Below are positions 53,879-64,000 of a DNA stretch of 64,000 nt, piece after piece. A program made the position numbers and the translations under genes. The stretch is from Lingula anatina. Taxonomy: Eukaryota > Animalia > Brachiopoda. Position 1 is the stretch's first letter. Each line of letters begins with the position of its first letter. Below the pieces are notes generated by a model that saw only the letters and a list, made by a program, of their open reading frames with translations, did not search any database and was not told the origin of the DNA. The DNA is taken from assembly GCA_051362555.1 (NCBI GenBank), contig CM120645.1:20088001-20152000 (forward strand), in the 5' to 3' direction.

Positions 53879-55107
53879 ACCCATCCAGGATTTGCACCTA
53901 AAAAATCTTCCAAGGCTAATGAAATTCTCAAGTGTTTAACATGATCAAGTTGTCTTTCCATTTCAGTGAGAGTAGAGTTCATTTTGCATTTGTTGTCAAC
54001 ATGAGGTATATTTTACCAAAAAGTGCAAGTTATTCAGGTCACTACTCAGGAGCCATTTTGTAGCTGTGTTCAGAGCATTTTCACACAAAAATGTTTAAGC
54101 TCCAAGCTCAAAATACTGAGGCCAGTTCCGCCAAATAACTATCAATAAAGTCTTAAAGTTGCTCAACTTCTTGAACAAAACTCTCGTCTACTTCAACAAG
54201 TAACTGAACTTTGACAAATCTATCTTAGATCAGAGAAGTATAAAGTTCTGTTTGTGAAACAGACCCCTGCAGTCTGGCAGCATTTATATAACTTCTTAAT
54301 ATGTCAGTTAAATGATGCCAAAGGAAAAGCAAGTATTCATAAAAAGAAATGAGAATCATGGTTGTAATTAAAAGTAACATTTTATTGTTGTCTTACAGTG
54401 GTATCATGTGGAATGTTCTCGAGTTTCATAAACAGATTATGTGTAAAACAGGTACCAAATAAAACAAAATTCTACACATTTAACAACTGCATAGTCATTT
54501 CATTTTGTTTGTGATCAGATTACAAAATGGAAAGTGAAGAGTCGATGTGGAAGATACCAGCACCCTGACCAGCTGTTATGAATAATCTTCATGGCTGAAG
54601 ATGTGTTTTATTTATTTTCATTTATGTAGCACCTTCACTCTTCTTGCTATGCTGGAAAACATTAACATTGAAGAAATACTTCATGCATTGAAGAGTCCTT
54701 ATTGCAACTGTATTCAACTTATAATAATGAGTTCCTTTAAAAAAATGGCAAAGTCTTTGTATCAAAATAAAGCAATATACATGACAGAGTAGCTTGTGTG
54801 GGCAAAAAGTTCACAATATTCAAACTGCATTAATTTCATAAAAAAATCAGCATTGTTTAGTGAAACAATGAGGCTAAAATCAGCATTGTTAAGTGAAACA
54901 ATGAGGCTAAAAATGTAAGATATAGGACTAAATTTTAGTTCGAAATAAATGACATTTTGCCTTAATGCATTAAACTATTGAAAATTCATCATAAGTGGTA
55001 GTTCACAACAATAATTAGACCCTCTCAAACCTTCAATACTTGGCTGTCACAGAAAAATTGACATACTATAGTAAGCTTAAAATGCATAAAATAAAGAGAA
55101 AATAACA

Positions 55108-58100
55108 TCAGAGCTCGTCCCTCTCAGCTGTTGGTTTTATCTGCTTGTAGTTTTTGTTTCTTTTTGGTTTAAATTTCAACAGTTTGGCATATTGTTTCAG
55201 GAGCTTCTCCCAGTAACATTTTACATCCTCCATTCTCAGGTGGTCCCATATGAACTGACGTCCTCTGTAATGAATCATATTCCAAGATAAAGAAGTCCTT
55301 AAATTTCCACATTTGCTATAAGTGATCAAAGTTAAAGTTACCACATAACTGATAATTTTTTGTTTTTTTGGACCAAACATACAGAAATCAAGTTTTTTCT
55401 TCCTTCGTTATAAAATAACACATTACATGATATGTATTACTGTTTTAAACTTTACATCCAACCACTGCATGCAGTTCTTCTAAGTCCATACCTTTTAGCA
55501 ATCTCTCTAACAACATCATCATTAGCTTGTGCAAATTCCAGGAGTTCCCTGAAAATAAGTTAAGAACAGAAAATGTTAGCCTAGAGGCAACCTTGTATTA
55601 ATAATATCATCTGATGTTGAAAAACAAAATGAACAGTGAATCAAATATTTATTGCAATGATCAAAATTGCATTAATTTTGCTTGCAAGGTCAAAAGTGAA
55701 ATGATATTTTACAGTGTCATTGAGCAACACTCTGGAGATCCCATTTTACTAAACACAAGCTTTTAGAGAAGGGCATTATGAGAACTTAAGGTAGATAAAT
55801 ATTCCCCAAATATAAATGGAACAAACTGCCTTAAAATACTGAAAAGTCACAAAAAACTATAGAAGTATTTTACTTTATCTCCAATATATATAATTTAATA
55901 GATGAAAAGAGTTGAAAATACACTGACACTAAAAAAATAATAAAAAAAAAAAACGGGGCCTGTTTTCATCAAGGCTGGATAGCGCTATCCTCTGAATAAG
56001 CTATCCAGCATTTTTAACCACTGGATAGTGCTATCCAGCCTTGAGGAAACCTGGCCCTGTTTTTTTTTATTATTTTTTTTAGTGTCATTATATTTTTAAC
56101 TCTTTTCATTTTTGCAAGGTGCTTCAAGATTTCACTGGAACTCCCTTCATAACAGTTAAATGAAATACTATCACTGTTATTATCATTATACTTACTGAAC
56201 ATCTGAGAGATCTTGTTTCACAGGAATATAATGGACCCACGGTTTCATTGCTGGGTAGAAGAATTCCAGCCATTCATCCCCAACATGGAATACAACAGAG
56301 TCGCAGAGGAAGAGATGCTTTAACCTAAAACTGGCTGCTACTCCACGGAAGTTGAACAAATATCTGAAAATACATGTTTATGCAACTTTTAAGAATTACA
56401 GCTAAATACTGACTACAGAAACCAAAATAATATCATAATGCTTATTTTGTTCACATCAATGCTTATTTAAAGGGCTTGTATCCAAAATTAACTAGTTTTT
56501 CAAAGAAATGCTATTACATTCTTGAGGACCACACACACTTAGACTAGAGATAGATTGCTGAAGTAAATATTAATAAGAATTAATTTAAAATAAATGCATT
56601 GAAATAGCATTACTTTACTGTTACAGTAATACTTTTCATCAGTCATTTCAAAATATAGTTGATTCACAAAAAAATCTTACGACTGAAAGCAGGCTTAAAC
56701 TTAAAGAGTAAATTCTCTACTTTGACATTTATAAGGTGGCCCTGTCCGCTAAACCACCTTGCAGTCAGTGAGTAATAACAACTACTCACATCAGTCTGAT
56801 GAAGACCTGCGTCCAGGTTGGCCATGAGCTAACGGTATGAATGTTTTTTAGCTTGTGTTTGATAATTTTCATTTATGATTGTACCTATTGTATGAAAAGT
56901 AAGCAATAGCTAATATAAGAACTGTAAATTTAATATTCCTTTTCAGAGGATCCTGCACTAAATCAGACTTTCAGTCTTGTATGAAACAAGGCAGATCTAG
57001 ATATAAATAAATGGTCTTGCAGAGCCTCGTACAGCTACCTACTTGTATGGACAGTGGTCCTCCAGCTTGACCTCCTGGGCAGGAGGCATATGGAGTGTGT
57101 CCTGGAAGGACCAACAGAATCATTAACTGGCTATTTCATTACTGTGGTATTTTTCCTCATATGTAAAATAAATAAATATTACAAAAATAAATATATAATA
57201 ATATTAGAAGTGTATGAATAGAGTAATCAATGAATTTATAAAAAAGTTATGATTGATTTAATATGTTTTAAATATAAAAAAATAAACAATTCTAATAAAA
57301 AGTATAAAAATATTGAAAGTCAGGCCTGGCAAACTGTGTCTGGATTCTACAATATTGTAGAATGCATTTGAAATTACTTCCTCAATTAATATAATTCTTA
57401 TATAACATTTCACAGTTTATATATACAGAGGTCTTTGCGTAACTTGGACAATTTGGGAGCTGAAAATTTGTTTGAATTTAGAGAAGGTTCTGGTTGGGTG
57501 ATAAACACAAAATTCACCTTATAATGAAGAAAACATATACCCCAAAATGTTATCATTATATCTGATGATTCAAGTTATAGGGCAATGAGTTAAGCAATGT
57601 CTACAGCATATGATTTTCACATCTCATTATGTATCTCTCAGCCTAGGCGCTATATGTGTGAAGAGGTATTTAGATTAAAACTCTTACCAAAGCCATATCA
57701 TACATAGGTTCAAATGTGGGTTAGGTCAATATTTTTTGTAAACAAAACAGATAACATACCAGGTAAACTGATTACTTAAAGAGGAAATAGGGCCCAGTAC
57801 ACAGGGCGTGTTTATACACACCTACTAGTACAGTCAAACTCAATGCAACACCAGGCATCCAATTTCTTATAATGCATATATACTGACAGTCAATAAAAAC
57901 GCATCAGAAAACTTTCTTATACCTTTTTACCGAGAATCGATTCCAACCATATAAATGAGTACAAATGCACTTGTTTGGTCATAAGAGAGTCACCTTGTTT
58001 GACTGAATAATGGGTCATATTTCACACAGAAACTGTTATTTTCTTAATGTTCCAAAGGAACTTTAAATATTATTTGATAAATAAATGATGTGTTTTCATT

Positions 58101-58878
58101 GACTGTCAGTATATTAACTTTGAGTGCCTTCCCTTTCCCCCCCTTTCTCCTTCAAATAACGGAGGAAAAATCTGCCCATATTTCCTGTTGCATACAGTAA
58201 AACATTAAAAGGGTGTCTTTCTCAAAATTACCTGCTAAATCGCCATTATTTTGCACATAACATATATAGTAACAGATGTGTGAGAACACAATACACAATG
58301 AAGTGACAACATAACACACCACAAAAGTGTATTAAAATACATGCAAAAAGACACACAATAGACAATGACAATAACAGACATGCCTCATTTCAACCTCATG
58401 AATGAGGCAAATCACTTACCTTGTCTGACTTCCACGCTTGGTTTTTAGTGTATTGTGCATCGACCAGATCAGGCCTTTTTCGCGAAAGCAGTATAAGCGG
58501 ATCTCTCTCATCACTGGTGCGTGAGCCTATGAAATACCCAAGATTTTTCTTTTTCTCCCACGGCCACTGTTCGGCTTTTCTGATAAAAACACAAAGTAAA
58601 ACATAATACATATTACATCTGAGCAATAGACCAGGATTCATTCACAGCTGCAGCCAGCTGGGCTTAATACAACAAGATCTTTGACTGAAATTTTGACCAA
58701 GGCACTCATAAATATCATAAATAATATACAAAACACATGTTAGATTAAGCCCAGGGTTGGCTGTATGATAATTTGGGGGTTGGGAGGGGGACAGTTGCTA
58801 AAAAATTGCATCTTTACAACCTCCAAGAAACAAAACTTATTCAGCTGGTAAATAAATTAAGGTCAGGGTTGGTAGCAG

Positions 58879-58928
<50 letters not shown>

Positions 58929-61900
58929 CTTTTTTTTGGGGGGGGGGGGCTTTCAAACTTACTCTGGTATCACCTCTCTCATGAGATCCCACCTTCCTAT
59001 GCCCTTGGGGTACACAGAGATGAAAGGCCCTCCCTCCCAAAATGTCCAAGCAGGGTACATTATATCATACTGCTCCTTAGTCTACAAAAATAAAAAAATT
59101 TATAAAAAATCTGTGAGAAGGAGCCACTTACTTCGGGATAATATCCCGCTGCTGGTCCCAGCGTCCTAGTCCCGTGGGATAAATTGGCCACACAGCAGGG
59201 CCTCCTTCCCAAAATGTCCATGCTGGATACATAATGTCATGATGTTCTTTTCTCACCTGATAATTATTATAATATAGACAATATAAATTTACTTGCTGAT
59301 ATTGAAAATTTATGTTGTTAAAGTTACAGCAATACTCATTTAAAGGTTTTATAATGGAAAGCATAAATAGTTTCCAAGTGGACAGCAGTATAAATAAATA
59401 ATAAAATAAAAACATGAATTACTAATAAAATAAATATATATTCAATTAGTTTACCGATTTATATAAATAAAACTTAACAACCAATAATTATGCTTCATAT
59501 AAAAACATGATTGGCATCAAACATACACTATAATATTATTAATTTGCTAAAATAATACCAAATAAATTAATCTGACTTACGAAAAAGAAAGAAGAGTTTG
59601 ATTCAAAATATAGATAAAAATATATCTACCTTACTAAATGAAAACACAGGCAGGGGATCCCAATACTTGGGTGACTGTGGATAGTCCCTTGTGTTCAGTA
59701 TAAACTCCATGTCTGGAAGTTTTTTAATAAGTTCCAGAACAAAGTGCTCTACACCACTACACCTGAAATAAGACGATAAAAATTACCAATGGAAGTTCTC
59801 AATAAAACATTGTCATACAATGTGATATTCATTACAAATTAAAATCAGTGGAAGAAAAAATCCAGTAGAAGAATTAAAAATAATTACATATTTATGTACA
59901 TAGATTACCTCAATTATATTTGGAAACTCACAACAAAAATGTCAAATATGAAAACTATGTGAGACTGACAAAATTATGACTATGTAGTGTGACTGTTAGT
60001 GCAGGATTGATCAAACCATCACTTGTTTCATTGTTTTTTTTTTTCTTGTTACTTGCACAATTTAAAATGTGACCTTATATCAGAGCTGACTGGGGAGTTT
60101 TGAGCATGAACAAGAAATAGTAGTGTGTCTTTCCATCTTTTGTTTTCTGGGAGAGCAACATCTACGTATCTTGATTGGCATATTATATATGTGACACTTT
60201 GATTACAATGTGAAAATTTTAAAAAGTACATGCAGGTCCTTACAAAACTTTCCTATCTAATTTTAATTGAAATTAAAATATATTTAACTTGGACTTACCT
60301 AAATTGAAACATGCAGTCATCTTCTCTATACAGCTTGTGGTTGATGATTTGGTAGTGAGTTCCACGTTCTTTAGCTGCATCAAATTTTTCTTTCAAGATT
60401 CCTCCTGCTTTCTTCCATACTGCTAAGTCTTCCTCAATAACCCTGCAATTAAATCACAGTGTTAACTAACCAAATCATAATTATTATTACTGATGCATCT
60501 CTGAAGATCTACTTTACAGACGTCATATATAACTGGATTATATATGACATCTGTAAAGTAGATCTTCAGAGATGCATCGGTAATAATACTTATTTTTCCT
60601 TAAAAATCTATACAGTGAATTGACATGAATCTTTGGACCAACCAAATCATCAAACACTTTTGTTTGAAATCTTACATGTGTGAAAGAGATGGGTGAATTA
60701 TTGGGAGAGTCATGACAGAAAAAAATATAGAACTCAAAAAACAGGTAAGACGACAATAATTTCCTTAACAATATTGGGAAGGTTTTATCTTGGATTAAGG
60801 GGGAATTATTTAAGTTTTCAGGAAATTTTTCTTTTGTTACATGAAAATCACATGGCTGTACATTTTGAGCAATTTTTAAAAGTTGCACTCAGTAATATTC
60901 TCAACAAATTATGTGTTATTCTATTGCTAACATTATAAAATAATAATTCCAAACATATTTAATCTTGCTTGATGCTGATGTACTAGTAAGCATTGTTCAC
61001 ATGAATGTGTTTGCACAATTGATAATACACCTTATAGAGGACACAGAAAGCTCACTACTACCAACATGGCATAATCTCCCTCAGTATTTACTTCTCCAGA
61101 GTATGTAGTAAGCGTAGGAATGTAGGCCATCTTTGAAGTGTTTTCATGCATGCCTTTTCCCTTGTGATATTTCATAGTATGTAGACTATAATATATAGTA
61201 CTTACTCTGCATGACAGGAACAATCTTCCTGGATACACTCCTTATAATTTTTCACCGCATTTTCAATTTTCTTGTAATATTTTTCCCATCGAGGATCTAC
61301 AAACACAACAACAACAATAATAACAATAGCTATGCTCAATAAGTAAATCTTTTATATTATCAAGAATCTTAAATCTTGAACCTGTTCTGTAAGCATTGTT
61401 CGGTACATGTTTGGTAAAGAAAATGAAAAAAAAAAAAAAAAAAAACATTGGAAATACACTGAAATAGGTTTTTCGTGGTATCCTTAGCAGTGATGATAAA
61501 AATTAATTGTTTCATCTCTTTAGAAACTGCCTAGTAGTATCCAAAGGTCAAACCACTTAAGAACAGCTTTACTTTTGATGATAATGGAAATACATAATGG
61601 ATATATTCAAGCAGTATAGATGTTGGTACCTTCATCTTTGGTGTGCAGAAATGAATATATATTCAGTAAACTTATAACACAAGATGTGGCTAAAACACAA
61701 TAGTGGCTATGCAAAAAGTGACAACAATTGCTCCACAACATTTCAATTTGAATTGATTTTTATTAAAATGGGTAGCAAATTGACTTGAGTTTCTCTTAAA
61801 CACTAAAAATCATGTACTAGTATTTGACTTCAATTTTGACATAACTTACAAATTAAATATTTCAATCCTAACCATTGCCAGGATAACGTGACTGTTTACT

Positions 61901-62440
61901 CTTTTCAATTAAACTTACACTGATTTGCTTTTTCTCAAAACCAGGAGGAAAATAATGAGTCAAAAATATAACGGCAAACATACATGTACTAATACATAAA
62001 CGTAAGCCACATTGTAAGGTTAGCAAGGTTATTAGCAATATTAATAATTGGATAACAGCAACAATGGCCAGTGGCATGATCTACATTTCCCTCAATGCAT
62101 AAACAGCAACAATAAATAGCACTGTGACTTGCGATAATGTTAGACCTTACTCTGTAACATTTTTGCTGCAGTTTACATGTAGACATACCGTGTAAATATA
62201 CATGTAGCACAGGCAAACTGCAGCAGCTGCACAAGCAGACACGGGCTCAAACAGGGGCGACGATTCGGCGACCGGTGTAACACCAAACCAAGAAAATTCC
62301 ATCAAATGAAATAGCAAAACAGTTCAAATGCGAATTCAGCGATATTTACCTGTCTTGGTTTCTTTATCTGAGATCGACGTCTCGACATTTAGAAGTAAAA
62401 GTATCGCCGCCGCTCCGACGATCCTCAGCAGCGTGTCCAT
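55108..62440 (-). CDS. POGLUT1: Protein O-glucosyltransferase 1 / Rumi (CAP10/GT90), ~394 aa with exon 5A or ~392 aa with exon 5B
   Basis: Exons 62350-62440 (signal peptide [18 protein letters not shown]), 61206-61296, 60299-60442 ([16 protein letters not shown]), 59630-59762 ([30 protein letters not shown]), 59132-59256 ([14 protein letters not shown]), 58420-58579 ([27 protein letters not shown]), 57043-57101, 56196-56363 ([34 protein letters not shown]), 55492-55548, 55108-55264 (ends RDEL*, ER retention). Confidence 0.96.
55902..56109. repeat. ~208-bp imperfect palindrome with a central MITE-like core
   Basis: ATGAAAAGAGTT..TGACACTAAAAAAATAATAAAA..GGCC..TCAAGGCTGGATAGCGCTATCC is mirrored by GGATAGTGCTATCCAGCCTTGA..GGCC..TTTTATTATTTTTTTAGTGTCA..AACTCTTTTCAT. 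Confidence 0.85.
57881..58111. mobile_element. Tc1/mariner-like MITE in a POGLUT1 intron
   Basis: TA|TACTGACAGTCAATAAAAACGCATCA ... TGATGTGTTTTCATTGACTGTCAGTA|TA: ~26-bp TIRs with TA flanks. Confidence 0.75.
58879..58948. repeat. (ATT)n microsatellite plus T and G runs next to the exon 5B donor
   Basis: Directly visible. Similar (ATT)n runs lie at 44254-44296 and 46580-46610. Confidence 0.95.
58963..59081 (-). CDS. POGLUT1: POGLUT1 alternative exon 5B (paralog of exon 5A at 59132-59256)
   Basis: tttttgtag|ACT AAG GAG CAG TAT GAT ATA ATG TAC CCT GCT TGG...ATA CCA GA|gtaagt encodes [39 protein letters not shown]. It is open and has the same entry phase (0) and exit phase (2) as exon 5A. Confidence 0.88.
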
Positions 62441-62854
62441 CGCTTCACACCGGAAATGCTCTTTTTCTAAACTTCTTTGTCAAAAGAGTGGCGGTAACCA
62501 ATGACGCCATGTGAGATTAACAGAGCAAGTAGGCGCAGGGAACTCGGCTGAGTACTAGAAAAATTCAGGAATGATGTGACCAAAGTTATTGGGATCATTT
62601 GACACGCAGTTGAATATTTACATCTGACATAGATGGAAAGTTGAGGACACACACTTTATTTTCACGTGGAGTTAAAGGTTATTTCACATCGAGTACGACC
62701 ACACTTTCGAGCCCGACCAACAGTATAACAGAACATAAATATTCGGAATATAATTGAAAATTGTGCGAAATGAGTAAAGCAATTTTCGAGCAGAATATGA
62801 TTCAGTCTCATGACAACATAAAATGTAGCTGATACAATAAAGCTGCAAAATGTG
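62441..62854. promoter_or_regulatory. Divergent promoter region POGLUT1 / DPY-30-domain gene
   Basis: About 0.4 kb between divergent ATGs, locally CpG-retaining, with ETS-like CCGGAAAT near 62450 and CCAAT near 62498. Confidence 0.55.
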
Positions 62855-63623
62855 ATGGAAAATGAAAAAAAGACCGATTCTACGGGTGGTAGGCCTACAA
62901 GGGACACAGGTGACACGACCCTCAGGGACACACATTATCTTCAGGATCTTGCCGAATGCCTTGTTATGGCCTTAACAATATTGGTGGAACAACGTCCTCA
63001 AGACCCCATAGAAGCGTTGGGGTTGATGCTTAGGAAACACGGAATGAAACTACGGGCGGAGAGGGCACAACAAAAACTGGCACCGGTACATACACTGTAG
63101 TATTAGTCGAATAGTGACTAGGAAATTGTTCCCTCTGGCATTATAATAGGCTGTCCCTTTTAACTTTGATATTATACATAAACATGAGAGTTAACGCACG
63201 AAAGCCCCCCCCCCCCCCCGGCCCTATGCTACTACATGTGCGCCTATGAGGTGAATATAAATATGCGAATGTTAGCAAGTACGTACCACATATACATGTA
63301 GCTACATGTAGCGCCCCCAGAACATTGCACTAGTAGCTTTGATAACAAACGAGCAGGCAAACAGATTTCTGAATCCATTTGGAAAATCATGGAAATAGTT
63401 AAATTCAGTAATAAAACTGTGATGAGGTTTAAATAAATTTTCAATCAATTGATTAATTGTTAAATTGCAGGTTTCGAGTGCAGCGTTTTCACAGCCCGCA
63501 GTTGTGACGTCAGCACCAGTGACTTCAACATCAGCTGTGACGTTTGCCAGTATCACCCATGAAGACTGTTTATCATGTATACAGGAAATTGGAGATTTAT
63601 TTGACGACGAAGACATAAATTAA
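62855..63623 (+). CDS. Small DPY-30-domain protein (DYDC-like), ~127 aa
   Basis: Exon 62855-63085 contains YLQDLAECLVMALTILVEQRPQDPIEAL, a Dpy-30/RIIa dimerization-docking motif. Donor CCG|gtacat joins acceptor ttgcag|GTT at 63471 in frame to TAA at 63623. The unspliced ORF stops at 63100, so the second exon is inferred. Confidence 0.7.
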
Positions 63624-64000
63624 GGCCTGTAAAAGAAGTGATGTAGCCTAAAATTATAAAAAGGCCACAAGGCAACAAATACTTTTTATGTCCATTACAG
63701 ACAGGGTATATATACCAGTACTTGTTTCTATGAACTTTTTGTTACAATACATGTACATAAGTACAGGGCATAATGCGAATGATTCGAGGCCGACAAATGA
63801 TGAAGTAAGATGACTTGGAACAGTGAATCAAAAATGATGAAATAACAGACGACCCTTTACATCGTGTAAGAATAATTTGATAATCACAGAATACCATATG
63901 ACGTGCCATTATAGACAATTCATCGTGCACGAGTTTATGTGTGTAATGTGCAGTAATAAAACATCGTCTATCAGTTATAGTTTGTACAATGTGTTTGATG

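Noticed and set aside
56796-56825. Hammerhead-ribozyme-like CTGATGA plus stem GACCTG/CAGGTT
   Set aside because: The essential GAAA after stem II is replaced by GGCC and I see no stem I/III closure. At best a dead Penelope-type remnant.
60074-60169. 96-nt in-frame AG..GT segment in POGLUT1 intron 3
   Set aside because: No pyrimidine tract, weak donor (GTCACA), no homology to neighbouring exons, and it would interrupt the conserved [10 protein letters not shown] stretch.

Overview
This is AT-rich eukaryotic genomic DNA from an invertebrate animal; a marine deuterostome is my inference, not provable here. The ORF track is mostly misleading because the real genes are spliced. By reading GT-AG boundaries and phases I assembled five intact genes. 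(1) A GUCY1B2-like soluble guanylate cyclase (minus, 12 coding exons, 2031-26900, ~719 aa, CaaX end, 15.7-kb intron 2). (2) TIMM17 (minus, 39189-43741). (3) RAD18 (plus, 43913-53878, ~998 aa with a long acidic C-terminal extension), head-to-head with TIMM17 across 171 bp. (4) POGLUT1/Rumi (minus, 55108-62440, RDEL end), convergent with RAD18. (5) A small DPY-30-domain (DYDC-like) gene (plus, 62855-63623), head-to-head with POGLUT1. Introns and intergenic DNA hold several MITE families, palindromes and microsatellites. The best finding is a tandemly duplicated, apparently mutually exclusive exon pair in POGLUT1 (59132-59256 and 58963-59081, 50 nt apart) that would swap the WEGGP...GRW loop of this Notch-modifying glycosyltransferase. 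All coordinates were counted by eye and may be off by a few bases.
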